In this document: positions 37,126 through 51,000 of the stretch, one piece after another | Numbering within the stretch: position 1 is the stretch's first letter | How the letters are laid out: each line of letters opens with the position of its first letter | NCBI GenBank assembly: GCA_002104905.1 | Contig: MCFE01000098.1 | Location: 1-64,000, forward strand | Length of the DNA stretch: 64,000 bases | DNA from: Basidiobolus meristosporus CBS 931.73 | Lineage: Eukaryota; Fungi; Basidiobolomycota | Reading direction: 5' to 3' | Notes under the pieces: model-generated | Told to the model about the DNA's origin: nothing | The model's database searches: none | What the model saw: the letters and a program-made list of their open reading frames with translations, nothing else | Program-made: the position numbers and the translations under genes

Positions 37126-37961
37126 TTGAGTGGACTTCCCGAAAAATTCTCGACGAAAGTAAGCACCTTGCTAGATAAACTCCTAATGGTCTCCACTACA
37201 CAGACGAAATTTGATATGAAGAGTAGCAGCTCGATAGTGTCTAGTTTAGTAAAAGCGCTCCACAGCAACAACATCGAGCTTCTGGAAAGCAATTTGGCCG
37301 AAGCTAGCCCCGAGGTAGTCCTGACTTCGGTTCAGCGTCTCCCACCTACCTATGTGGTGCCCTTTTTGAACACCTTGGTCTCGCGTTTCCAGTCGGCCCC
37401 TAACCGCAGTAGACACAACCTTAAATGGATTAAAACCATCCTACTTGTTCACAATAACTATTTAATGACCGTACGTATGAGTGCTGATGCCCTCCATCCT
37501 GTGCGCCACGTGTTAACCATTTCTCGCTACTCTTAGATCCCCGACGTGGTGAAAAAGATGAGTAATTTGTACAAAAGCGTGGACCAGCACTCGACAAGCT
37601 ACAAGCGTCTTCTGAACCTTTCCGGTCGGTTAGACCTGGTCAACTCCCAAATAGAAGTCAGAAATGGCGATTCAAGCGATTCCGAAGATGAGGATTCCGT
37701 CCCCGTGTTTCCCGAGAGGGCTGATTCAGAGGACAACATCTCTGACGAGGATATGGTGGATCTGGTTGGCGATGCGGACGAGCTTCAGGCAGACGATTTG
37801 GAGGTAATTTGATGGCCCTTTGAGGCGTGTACGTGTCGTGCGATACTGACCCGTTTTCTTAGAGCGAAGATGACATCGACGAGGATGATGAAGAGTCGGA
37901 GTTGAGCGGTGACGAGCCACTCTCCTCAGATGACAGCGATCACTCTGAAGATAGCGATTAA
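37126..37961 (+). CDS. UTP5: Utp12/Dip2-domain protein (Utp5/WDR43 C-terminal domain) with an acidic tail; 5' end uncertain (ATG 37216 possible)
   Basis: SLVKALHSNNIELLE...VQRLP...P.R...WIKTILLVH spliced to ...LLNLSGRLDLVNSQI and a D/E-rich tail. GT-AG introns near 37471-37536 and 37804-37861; TAA at 37959-37961. Confidence 0.7.
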
Positions 37962-38388
37962 TGTGAATAATCTGTTCTCTGTATCAACCGGCCCTCCCAT
38001 GTCACATGTATTTTAAGTGTCGATTGGAAACATAAAGTAATAAACCCACTCAGTATTATAGATGTCCACGAACGGGCCCTTTCGTCATTGCGTTGGATTA
38101 AACGGCCTATAGGTCCGGTCTTTTTATCATAAAATACACTTGGGGGAGGCAGGAAGGAGTGGTGGGTGGCAGGATGCGTTCGAGTGTGAGGAGTGGCGGG
38201 ATGAGGAAGCAAGTGGTAAAAATATGGAGAAGATGGTTGTCAACCAAAAAGATAACAGAGTACAGGACAACGGGGAATAGAAGGTGACAAAATAAATAGA
38301 AAATACGCGCTAGTTGAGAGCATACTGAAGCAAATATGTATTTGGATGTGTATTTTTGGGAGTGTTTTGTGGTGTTTTTGGGCTGGAA

Positions 38389-41096
38389 TCAAGGATGCTC
38401 CGTTTCGGGTGGCTGAGTGGTTGGTGGGCTAGGCTCCGCATCGGGTGGTGGAGGCGGGAGGTAGAACCCGGCAGTTGGCGGTGGCATGGTATACGACTGA
38501 CTAGGCAGTTGGGGTGCTGTGACTATGCATGCTGGAGTGTTAGTGGGACGGCCAGGTGACGTGCGGTGGCTTCTCTTACCAGGGTAGTAGTATGTGGTCA
38601 CTCCTCCTGAGGATGTTTGTGGAGGGGGGACAGCAACAGGGATGTAGGATGGTGGCGGATAGTATCTAAGGAGGCTGGGTTACTGGCTTGCGCGTACGGA
38701 CTCGCACTAATCGTGGCTTACCCATATGGTGCATACTCGGGTTGCATAGGAACCGGATAGGGGTACATCATCTCGGAGTTCATCATCTGCTGCCGAAGGT
38801 CGTATTGGTAATCAGCAGCTGTGTACAAACCATTGGGTCCACGGTTGTGTCGAGGCTTGCTGCCTTTGGCTGAGAAGATTCGCGTCAGTCTGGTGTTAGT
38901 GGGGCTGGATTGAGGCTCAGGAATTACCTGAGAATCGCGGCCCATGGCTTTCTGAGGGCGCGTTGATGGCGGTGGGAATAAAGGGGCTGGGCTGTTGGTA
39001 GTAGATAACATACGGGGCCGGTGCAACAAACGGTGCACTAGTGGCACCTGCTCCAGGGAACGGAGGCACGTTTGGGGAGTAAGGCTGGGAAACTGGGGCA
39101 CCGTTGGGTGGAGGGTGAGGCTGATTGCTGAAGGGACTGGAGCCGTTGGGTGTTTCTGTTGTTTGGAAAGCATAGGTTAGAATGTATCAAGACTGGCATG
39201 CCGTTTGGGCCCATACCATCGTTGGTCGCGGTCTCCGAGTTGGTCGTGGCGCTGGAAAGTCGGCGCTCTGAGAAGGGGGTTAGGACTATGCTCAGTGCTA
39301 GGCATGCTTATGTATGGATCGTTTACCTGTCGGGCCTCCACGGCCAGCTTGACTGTATCCGCCACGAGCAAATCCCCGATTAAAACCGTCTCTTCCCCGG
39401 CGAGGGTACCGGCCTCTTCCGTTGCCGCGGTAGTGCTCATTTCTGTATTGGTTAGGGAAGCCGTCATAAGGAAAAGGTGGATTGGAGGGTCCGGTCATAG
39501 AGCCCGCACGGCGAGAGTGGCGCTGTGGTGCTAAATCTTGCGCCCAGTCGAAGTTTTTCGGCTTGTATCCGTAGCTGGGATCCAGGCTAGGCTCAGCTTT
39601 GTCGGTAGAGTTCGTCTCTGAGACCGTATCAGACTTCACTGTCTGTGGGTTGGGCTCCATCTTGCTGTTCACCATATCGAGCTTTGACTGAGGTTCGGCC
39701 TCTGCCTTTACTGCTTGGTGGCGGGTCTCCTTGACTTTGCTCCTGGTCTCTGATTCCAATTGGGATTTCGAACTATTCTTGGATGCCAAGTGCCCGTTGC
39801 TAGAATCGTGATCCAGGGTTGGCTCCTGGGTGTTCGCCTCCAACGTCGGTTCTGGGTTCTCTCTAACCTTGGATGATGAGAAGGAGCCTGGTGGTTTTGG
39901 GCCTCTTGGTTTGCGCTTGTTTGCCTTGAAGGGCTTGCTACCACTCGCGTCAGACTTTTTCTCATCAAAGAAGTTCGGCTCACGGCTAGAACTCTCCCGT
40001 GTGTTGTGGTAGGATGGGTACGTAGACTTGAAATCATTGCCCTAAGTCAACGTTGGCATATGAGTGAGGTTGCTAAACACCTTGCGACATTCTTCAACTT
40101 ACCCTGGGGTGGCGGGCAAATCTTTCTTTCGAAAAGTCGGAATTTTGCTGAGAGTCTATGGACTTCTTTTCTGTGGCTGCAGCGTTTTCCGGAACTTCAG
40201 TGGCTGCTTCAGGCTTAGGTGGCTTACCGGCGGACGTTTCCGCAGGATCCTCAGGCTTCCATCTTTCTTGATTCCGAAGAGGCTTCGGCTCCCAATTTGT
40301 CCTGGAGTGGGCCAGTGTTAAATAATGCAACAGAAACGCATAGAGATATGGCCATTCATGGCTCGTGGATAAACACGTACTTTCTTGGAACGGAGGGCTG
40401 GAATCTTGAGTTGTCTTCCACTCGACCTCTACCTCTACCTCTTCCACGACCTCTTCCCCTGCCCCTCCCACGCTCTACGTTCCTTGAATCAAAGCGAGCA
40501 TCCCCATTCGACACAATGTTTGAAGCACTGGCTGAAGTAGGCTCTTTGAACCTCTTTGAGGGCTCTTCATTTGAGTAAGGGGGTTGTTCCTTGGACTGGA
40601 AAGGCTTCTTGGGTATAGAATTAAGTGGATTGGACTTTGCTTTATCTGAAGAAGGTAGGACTTGTTTCTCCGCTTCGTCCTCTTCTTTTTTACTTACTTG
40701 AGCATTTGCAGTAAGAGCTTGGTCTTCCGTAATTGGAATTGGTGATTGGGTATTAGAGCGTGGGAAAGGGAATTTACCTCCCCTCTTCCCTCTACCTCTT
40801 CCTCTAAACCCTCCTCTTTTCGGTCCTCTACCTCTATAACCATATTCTTTATCACTCTTATCCAGTTTGAGATCGCTGAGAGCATTTGGTAGCGATTCTT
40901 CCCCGTTCCTCTTCTTATTTTTACTTGATTTCACAGGACGGCTAGGAGGGACAGCCTCTGAAGAAGGATTGGTGTGTTCTGAGCCATCGCTTAAATCTTC
41001 CTCGGAAGATAGAGCGGATATAACATCTGATTCTGAGTCTTCCGAATCTTCCTCACGGTGTCGATGACGTCTAGAATATCTGGTCAAACTTCTCAT
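38389..41096 (-). CDS. Low-complexity protein with an acidic N-terminus, RG/RGG repeats and a Pro/Tyr-rich C-terminus; putative RNA-binding; multi-exon
   Basis: ORFs 40356-41096, 40094-40471, 39298-39843, 38718-39173 and 38389-38601 can be joined by GT-AG introns (e.g. CCCAGG|gtaagt...ttag|GGCAAT). RGRGRGRG tracts are present. Confidence 0.65.
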
Positions 41097-41867
41097 TTAA
41101 CGAAGGGGCAAGTCTATGGGCAAGAAATATGAGGAAGTGTCGTTTTAGTGATTTTCCTTGACTAGAGTCAAGTACAAATTACCGTATAGGGACGGTAAAA
41201 CAAAAAAAAATAACCAGATTAACTGAGGGATACCAGAGTTGAATCCACCCGGAGTAGTGGAAAATTATCGACATTCTGAGGGGGCCGACGAATGAATCCC
41301 CTGGATGGGCTAGTACGCATTTTTTTTACAACCATCTGGGCGAAAATTTCCACCAATTTCATGAATCATTGCCAACTGGAAGATCGACGTGCGGATAAGG
41401 GGAGTAGATACCACAGAGCTCTTGATTTGACAGCTTGATGCATAAATTCTCCGCAGCTATGGCCCAGCAATAGTATTGCATTATGAACAATCAGCAATGG
41501 CCACAATGAACCGCATACATCCTTACAACCCTATTCTCATCCAAGCCCCTGAAATCCCCAAATGCCTACAACTACCACAATATTACTTGGGCTTCTTCGT
41601 CCTTTGCCTTGTATTGTACAAAATCCCTGGTTGACATCGTGATAAATATTCCCCATGATTATCCAGTGTTGTATCATGGCTACTGCTGACAATGTCCCTG
41701 TTGATTGTAACCTCAGTTTCCTCGCGGAACAAAGGTGAGTCAGCAATAACTGTGACTGTAGGGTGCATTATCTAGACTGCGTGCTTAACTGAGCCATATA
41801 CTTGGCTTTGTTGATATGATTGATTAATTGCCCAAGTATCTCTTGATTATCACCTTTGCCAATGCCA

Positions 41868-44800
41868 TGCTATAGGCTGAGTAATTGGCTGAGTTAATGG
41901 GGTCCTGGGTGCTTTTGAATACCTATCGCTAATATAATCTTTGAGTAACAACATGTTGCCCAAATGAAAAATTGTTATTGATACTTTGACATGGTCTTGA
42001 CAAAAAGAATTCACATATGAAATATACTCAGAAAGGTTCCACATACATGTATGCCAAGTCTGGGGCTGCCTGGACAGCTTTGAGAAATCTCATGTTCTGA
42101 GTACCTGATATTTTGGTGAAAACATTCCAAGCAAATCCTAACAAGGAATTTGGTCAGAATTCTATCAGATTTGAAGGTAATGATCTAAGTGACCAAGTTA
42201 GGTGAATATTTAGGTGCATTAACTGACTTTTACAACACTCAACTAAATACTAATAGTAACTAGTCCTAATTGTGGTTCAAGATATGTAAATTTGCCTCTA
42301 GCAAATGGTTTGGTAAATAGGTCCGCAATCATTTTGTCTGTAGGACAGTAAGCTAAGCTAATTAAGTTATTCTCTATAGCTTTGCATATGAAATGATGTT
42401 TAATATCTATATGCTTAGTTTTAGCATGAAAAGTTGGATTTCTACCTAATTCTATACATCCTTGAATATCTTGAAATAGAGTAATAGGCGTTTTTTAACA
42501 TAGGCCTAAATCTGTAAAAAGCTTTCTTAACCACATTGCCTCTTTTGCAGCTTCACAGGCTGCTTTATACTCTGCCTCTGTGGTAGAAAGTGCTATGGTT
42601 GGTTGCTTTGCTGAATTCCATGAAATTGCTGCTTTACAGCAAAGAAAGGTTTATCCTGTGGTGGATCTTCTGTCTTCTAAGTTTTGTCCCCAATCTGCAT
42701 CAGAGTATCCCACAAGATCCTGTTCTGAATACTTATAAGTGTATCTTAAGCAGATATCAGCAGTTCCTTTCAGGTATCTAAAAGTCCACTTAACTGCTGC
42801 AATATGATCAGATCCATATTTCTGATTATGCTGGCTGACAACTCCCACTGAATATGAGATATCTGGACATGTTCCAAGCATGATATACATCATAATTCTG
42901 ATCATAGATTGATAAGGAATGTCAGGGCCTTCAGATGGAACCAAGCTCTCTTGATTTTCTTGAGTTTTGACCAAGTTAAGGCTTGTCTCCATTGGGGTAG
43001 CTGCTGGTTTACACTCTTCCATTTGGTGCTTCTTTAGTATATCTTGAATATACTTGGATTGACTTAGGGGGATAGTCTGGGTACTTCTGTTTATGGAGAA
43101 CCAAATCCCTAAGTAGTAACTGAGTTCTCTTAGATTGGACATCTTGAACTCCTTAAATAGGCTGGATTTAGTCTCTTCTAATGTTTATAGGTTATTGGTG
43201 GCTATAATAAGAACATCCACATATAGAGCTAATAGAGCTGGATTTGCTCTATCTGGCTTATAGTATGTACTATAGTAAGCATTACTCCTTCTGAAACTCA
43301 AAGATTCCAAATAAGAATCTATCTTGCAACTCCAGGCTCTTGGTGATTGTTTGAGACCCTATAGAGACTTTTTAAGCTTGCAGACCAAATGGGGGTTATC
43401 TTGGTCAATTAACCAATCAGGCTAGTCCATGTACACATCATCATCAAGTTCCCCATTCACAAAGGCAGTTTTTACATCCATTCAATGAATGAAAAACCTG
43501 TATTTGGTGCAATAGCAAATATCAATCTGATAGAATTAAACTTGGCTATCAGTGCAAAGGTCTCAATATAGTCAAGTCCTTATGTTTGAGAGTATCCTTT
43601 AGCCACAAGTCTTGCTTTGTATCTTTCAGTTGTACCATCAGCCTTGTATTTTGCCTTGAAGACCAATCTGTATCCAATTGATTTTTGGTTAATTGGTAAT
43701 TTGACTAAGTCCCAAGTTTGATTATCCATCAGGGCCTGACATTCCTCAGTCATTGCAGATCTCCAAAACTTTGTCTGAGGGCTATTTAGGGCCTCTTCTA
43801 CAGTCTGGGGTTCATCAACATGGACTGAATAGGCATAAGCTAAGTTTGTACCCTCATTGTTATAGCAATTTGGGCTATTTCTTGTCCAATTGGATCTCTG
43901 GGCATTTGATACTGGAATGATCACTTCTGGGATATTCCTGAGCACTGATTCTGGCTGAACCATGGTTATAGAGTCCTCTGGAGTGAAAAAACTTTCATTG
44001 TTTTACTCTGATTCAATTCTGACAATTGGTGAACTTGAGATAATATTTTTGTCATCATCTGATGTCATTTTTTGTGAAAATTTTGAATTTTGATCAAACA
44101 ACACATCCTTGGACTTGATTAGCTTCTCTGCTTTAATATTGTATAGTATGTATGCTTTACTTTCATTGCAGTAGCCCAAAAATATGCATTTTACACTTTT
44201 TGCCTCAGATTTTGGCTGATTTCCAGGCAGTCTCTTGGCATATGCTGTACACCCAAATATTCTTAGTTGTTCTGCAATTGGTCTGTATTGCCATCATGCC
44301 TCATATGGAGTAGAGTCACCAAGTATTCAGTTATAACTCCTATGTTTAAGGTATATGGCTGTGGCAACCGATTCCATCTAAAAATCATAGGATACTTTTT
44401 GATCATGGATGGTAGATCTTGCCATATGAATTATTGATCTGTTTGCATGGTCTGCTACTCCACTTTGCTGTAGGGAGTATGGTACAGTAGTTTCTTGCAT
44501 TATCCCATGAATTTTGCAAAAGTGGATGAAGAGTTTTGAGGTATGTTCTCCACCATTGTCAGAGCATATTTTCTTGATTTTTTCACCAGTTTCTGTCTCC
44601 ACCATGGCTTTAAGCTCCCTGTACTTAGACAGAGCTTCTTCACTTCTCTCCATTAAGTAGACTCATGTGAATCTTGTATAATCATCAATAAGAGTAATTT
44701 AATAATTCATCCCACCTAAGGATGAAATTTGTATAGGCCCACAGAGATCTGAGTGAATTAGATCTAGTTTTTTCTTAGTTTTGATATCCATACAGATCTG

Positions 44801-46611
44801 TGTGCATTAGATCTAATCTTTTCTTAGTTCAATTAACACAGAGCTCTTGAATAGTTGTCTGGCTTGTTTCCCATATATGCAGGCTTCACAGTACTGCAAA
44901 CTAGCTGGGGATCAATTTTCACCCTGGAAATTAGCTAATCTTTGATCATTTTGCGCAAATAATCAAAACTGATTTGCCCAAATCTCCTGTGCCAAAGCAC
45001 TGATGTTTCTTCTTTTAAGTTACTTATATTGGCTTCCGGATATGATGGAATATAAGTCAACTTGTATAGATTCTGATCTCTGATACCCAAAGCAATATGG
45101 GCACCATTTTGATCAGTAATCTTGTATCCAGAATTGTCAAAGCTGAAACTGAGTCCTTCTGCAGTGGCCATGCTTACAGATAGTAAGTTCTTGGCTATTT
45201 CTGGTACATAGAGTACTTCTTTGAAGGTCATTGTATGGCTTCCTTCACTGCTACTTAGGTTTACTTGGATAGTTCCTTCTCCCACTGCATCAAGTGTTCT
45301 ATTGTCACCCATGAAAACCTTCTTAATTGGAATTTCTTGATATTGGGTAAAAAGTTCTTTTTGGTGTGTAAAGTGTTGAGATGCTCCACAGTCAATATAC
45401 CATGTCTGAGAATCCTTGTTTGTGGTCATATTTAGTGCAGATATGAATAGTCTATCTTCAGTTGTTGCACCATTTCCATATTCAGGCTTCTTTTGCTGAT
45501 TATCTTTCTTTATGAGATACTGGTCTGATGTGTGTCCTTTCCTTTTGCAGTAGTCACAAAACAGGTTGCTGTGCCTTTATAGGGTTTTGGGTACCTCCTT
45601 TGTTGGTTATCATTGCATATTAAAGCATTTTCTTCTTCCTTCTTATTTGTGCTTGATTTTCTTAATTCTTCATCCAGGAGCCTTCAATATACATAATTTA
45701 AGGCCAAATCTTCAGTTCTGGACTCTGGGACTGATACAAGGCCTTGAAACTTATCTGTCAGGCTATTCAGGATGGTAACTATCACATCCTCATCAGTAGT
45801 TGGTATGCCCCCAGAGTCCGTCTCATCTGCCAGCAGGGTAATTCCGTGATTTAGATTTTTCATTTCTTCTCCTGGCAGCTTCTTTGTAGTAAAGAATTTT
45901 TGTCTCAGATACAATTTCTTAGCAGCTGAATATGACAGGCAGGTCTCTTCTAATGCCTTCCAGGCATTCTTTGCTGATTTTGCTCATGAGCTTTGAATTA
46001 GCAACTTGTCTTTAACGTTAAGGCAAATGCAGTTAAAGGCACTTTGCTCTTTCTTCTGGTACTTCAATGCTTCCTCTCCCATGTTTTTAGGAGGGCATTC
46101 TTCTCCCATGACAATATCCCAAAGCCCTTTTTCTTGTAGCAGCAGCTTCATCTTCACCTTCCTCACTTGGTAGTTATATCCATCCAACTTTTCAGCAGAG
46201 GGAAAGATTTTGGTAATAGCAGTAGTAGACATTGCAGAGAGTGACAGCTTAGGGCTCATAACCTGTTGTAAGAGTCTTGGAGATATTAGAAGTGATTGGG
46301 AGAACAAGTAGATTATGTGGTTTTTGCTTAATGATTTATTGAATGTAAAAGAAGTATTTATACTTTTACCTGGTCTTGCATTACAAACATGTAGAATACG
46401 TTATGGCAGGTCCCAAGAACATGTGTGCAAAGTTTGGGGCTGTTTGGACAACTTTGAGAATTTTCATGTTCTTGGTACCTGGTATTTTGGTGAAAATATT
46501 CTGAGTAAATCCCAACAAGGAATTTGGTCAGTATTCTCTAGGATTTGAAGGTAATGATCTAAGTGACTAAGTTATGTCAATATCTAGGTAGAAATACAAA
46601 TTTTTACAACA
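41868..46611 (-). mobile_element. Ty1/copia LTR retrotransposon copy A, decayed; 5' LTR 46264-46611, diverged 3' LTR about 41868-42237
   Basis: Broken gag-PR-IN-RT-RNaseH ORFs (KLDGYNY, WYIDCGASQHFT, CSDNGGE, YKARLVAKGYSQ, VGYSDADWG). PBS GGTTATGAGCCCT abuts the 5' LTR. Confidence 0.9.
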
Positions 46612-46709
46612 TTTTTACATATGCACAAGTCTTAAAAAAGCTTTCTTCACCAAATTGATTCTTTTGTAGCTTCACTGGCTGCTAAATACCCTGCCACTGT
46701 GGTGGAAAG
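46612..46709 (-). pseudogene. 98-bp sliver of copia RNase H sequence between two LTRs (remnant of an older host copy)
   Basis: aaaaagctttcttcaccaaattgattcttttgtagcttcactggctgc...ctgtggtggaaag aligns to 48723-48800. Confidence 0.7.
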
Positions 46710-48089
46710 TGTTGTAAGAGTCTTGGAGACATTGGAAGTAATTTGGGAGGACAAGAAGAATATGTGTTTCTAACTTAATTATTTATTGAATGTAAAAGCA
46801 GTATTAATACTTTTACATGGTCTTGGCATAACAAGCATGTAGAATAGGTAACAGAATGTCCCAAAAATATGTGTGCTAAGTTTGGGGCTGTTTGGACAAC
46901 TTTGAAAATTTTCATGTTCTGGGTACCTGGTATTTTGGGAAATTATTCTAAGTAGATCCCAACAAGGAATTTGGCCAGTATTCTCTAGGATTTGAAGGTA
47001 ATGATCTAAGTGACTAAGTTAGGTGAATATTTAGGTGGAATTACAAATTCTTCAGCACTCCCACTCAGCTAAATGTTCATACTGACTAGTCCTAATTTTG
47101 ACTTTAGATATTCAAACTTGTCTCTAGCTAATGGTTTGGTAAATATGTCTGCAATCATTTTATATGAAGGACAGTAAACTAAGCTAATTGAGTTATTCTC
47201 TATAGCTTGACATATGAAATGATGTCTAATATCTATGTGCTTAGCTTTAGCATGAAAAGTTGGATATCTACCTAATTCTATACATCCTTGATTATCTTAA
47301 AATAAAGTAATAGGCATTTTTTGACATAGGCCTAAATCGGTAAAAAGCTTTCTTAACCACATTGCTTCTTTTGTTGCCTCACAGGCTGCCATGCACTCTG
47401 CCTCTGTGGTAGAAAGTGCTCTGGTTGGTTGCGTTCTTGAATTCCATGAAATTGCCGCTTGACAGTGAAGTAAGATTTATCTTGTGGTGGATCTTCTGTC
47501 TTCCAAATTTCATCCCCAATCAGCATCAGAGTATACCAGATGATCCTGTTCTGAGTACTTATAAGTGTATATTAAGCAGATATCAGCAGTTCCTTTTGGA
47601 TATCTAAAAATCTGCTTAACTGCTGCAATATGATAAGTTCCATAGCGCTGATTATGTTGGCTGGCAACTCCCACTGAATATGAGATATCTGGACATGTTC
47701 CAAGCCTAATATACATCATACTGCTGACAATAAATTGATAAGTAAAGTCAGGGCTTTCAGATGGCACCAAGCGCTCTCGATTTGGTTGAGTTTAGACTAA
47801 GCTAAGGATTGTCTCCATTGGGGTTGCTGCTGGTTTACAGTCTTCCATTTGCTACTTCTTTAGTGCATCTTAAATATACTTGGATTGGCTTAGGGTGATA
47901 GTCTGGCTACTTCTGTCTATGGAGAACTTAATCCCTAAGTAGTAACTTAGTACTCCTAGATTGGACACCTTGAACTCCTTAGATAGGCTGGATTTAGTCT
48001 GTTACAATATGCTAGAATATTGGTGGCTATAATAAGATCATCCACATATAGAGCTCATAGAGCTGAGCTTGCTCTATCTGGCTTATAGT

Positions 48090-51000
48090 TGTTGTAGGAG
48101 TCTTGGATATATTGGAAGTGATTGGGAGAACAAGTAGATTATGTGGTTTCACTTAATGATTTATTGAATGTAAAAGTAGTATTTATACTTTTACCTGGTC
48201 TTGCATTACAAACACATAGAATAGGTTAAGGAAGGTCCCAAGAGCATGTGTGCAAAGTTTGGGGCTGTTAGGACAACTTTGAGAATTTTCATGTTCTGGG
48301 TACCTGGTATTTTGGTGAAAATATTATAAGTAAATCCCAACAAGGAATTTGGTCAGTATTATCTAGGATTTGAAGGTAATGATCTAAGTGACTAAGTTAG
48401 GTGAATATTTAGGTGGAATTATGAATTTTTTACAACACTCCCACTCAGCTAAATGTTCATACTGACTAGTCCTAATTTTGACTTAAGATATTCAAACTTG
48501 TCTCTAGCTAATGGTTTGGTAAATATGTCGGCGATCATTTCATCTGTAGGACAGTAAACTAAGCTAACTAAGTTATTCTCTATAGCTTGACGTATGAAAT
48601 GATGTCTAATATCTATGTGCTTGGTTCTAGCATGAAAAGTTGGATTTCTACCTAATTCTATACATCCTTGAATATCTTGAAATAAAGTGATAGGCGTTTT
48701 TTGACATAGGCCTAAATTGGTAAAAAGCTTTCTTAACCACATTGCTTCTTTTGTAGCTTCACAGGCTGCCATATACTCTGCCTCTGTAGTAGAAAGTGCT
48801 ATGGTTGGTTGCTTTCTTGAATTCCATGAAATTGCTCCTTTACAGTAAAGAAAGGTGTATCCTGTGGTGGATCTTCTGTCTTCCAAATTTTGTCCCCAAT
48901 CTGCATCAGAGTATCCCACAAGATCTTGTTCTGAGTCCTTATAAGTGTATCTTAAGCAAATATCAGCAGTTCCTTTTAGGTATCTAAAAATCCGCTTAAC
49001 TGCTGCAATATGATCATATCCATAGTTGTGATTATGTTGGCTGACAACTCCCACTGAATATGAGATATCTGGACATGTTCCAAGCATGATATACATCAGA
49101 CTGCCAACCATAGATTGATAAGGAAAGTCAGGGCTTTCAGATGGCATCAAGCTCTCTTGATTTGGTTGAGTTTCAACAAAGTTAAGGTTTGTCTCCATTG
49201 GGGTAGCTGCCGGTTTACAGTCTTCCATTTGGTACTTCTTTAGTATATCTTGAATATACTTGGATTGGCTTAGGGTGATAGTCTGGGTACTTCTGTCTAT
49301 GGAGAACTTAATCCCTAAGTTGTAACTAAGTTCTCCTAAATCAGACATCTTGAACTCCTTAGATAGGCTGGATTTAGTTTCTTCCAAAGTATCTAGGTTA
49401 TTGGTGGCTATAATAAGATCATCCACATATAGAGCTAATAGAACTGGATTTGCTTTATCTGGCTTATAGTATATACTATAGTCAGCATTACTTCTTTTGA
49501 AACTCAAAGATTCCACATAAGAATCTATCATGCAATTCCAGGCTCTCAGTGATTGTTTGAGACCATATAGTGACTTTTTAAGCTTGCAGACCAAATGGGG
49601 GTTATCTTGGTCAACAAACCCATCAGGCTGGTCCATATACACGTCCTCATCAAGTTCTCCATTCAAAAATGCAGTTTTTACATCCATTTGATGAATAAAA
49701 AACTTATATTTGGCTGCAATAGCCATTATTAATCTGATGGAATTAAACTTGGCTACCGGTGCAAAGGTCTCAGTATAGTCAAGTCCTTTTGTTTGAGAGT
49801 ATCTCTTGGCTACAAGTCTTGCTTTGTATCTTTCAGTTGTACCATCAGCCTTGTATTTTGTCTTGAAGACCCATCTGCATCCAATTGATTTTTGGTTGAT
49901 TGGTAATTTGACTAAGTCCCAAGTTTGATTTTCCATCAGTGCCTGATATTCCTCAGTCATTGCAGATCTCCAAAACTTTGTCTGAGGGCTATTTAGGGCC
50001 TCTTTTAAAGTCTGGGGTTCATCAATATGGACTGAATAGGCATAGGCTAAGTTTGTACCCTCATTGATATAGTACTTTGGGATATTTCTTGTCCAATTTG
50101 ATCTCCTGGCATTTGATACTGGAATGATCACTTCTGGGATATTCCTGGGCACTGATTCTGGCTGAACTACAGTTGTAGAGTCCTCTGGAGTGAAAAAATT
50201 TTCATTGTTTTGCACTGATTCAATCCTGACAAGTGGTGGACTTGAGATCAAATTTTTGTCATCATCTGATGTCATTTTTTGCAAAATTTTTGAATTTTCA
50301 TCAAATAACACATCCCTGGACTTGATCAGCTTCTTTGCTTTGGTATTGTAGAGTCTGTATGCCTTACTCTCATTGCAGTAGCCCAAAAATATGCATTTTA
50401 CACTTTTTGGCTCAAATTTTGACTGATTTCTGGCCAGTTTTTTGACATATGCTGTACACCCAAATATTCTTAGATGCTCTGCACTTGGTCTGTATCCATA
50501 CCATGCTTCAAATGGAGTAGAATCATAAAGTATTCTGTTTTAACTCCTATTTTTAAGATATACAGCAGTGGCAACTGATTCCACCCAAAATCATGGGATA
50601 ATTTTTGATCATGGATCATAGATCTAGCCATATCAATTATTGATCTGCTAGCTTGTTCTGCTACTCCATTTTGCTGTGGGGAGTATGGTACAGTAGTCTC
50701 TTGCTTTATACCATGAATTTTGCAGAAGTGGATGAAGAGTTTTGAGGTATATTCTCCACCATTGTCAGAGCGTATTTTCTTGATTTTTTCACCAGTTTCT
50801 CTCTCCACCATGGCTTTAAGCTCCCCAAGCTTAGACAGAGCTTCTTCCTTTCTCTCCATGAAGTAGACCCATGTGTATCTTGTATAATCATCAATAAAAG
50901 TGATTAAATACTTCATCCTGCCTAAGGATAAATTTTGCATAGGTCCACACGGATCTGAGTGAATTAGATCTAATTTTTTCTTAGTTTTGATTAACCCAGA

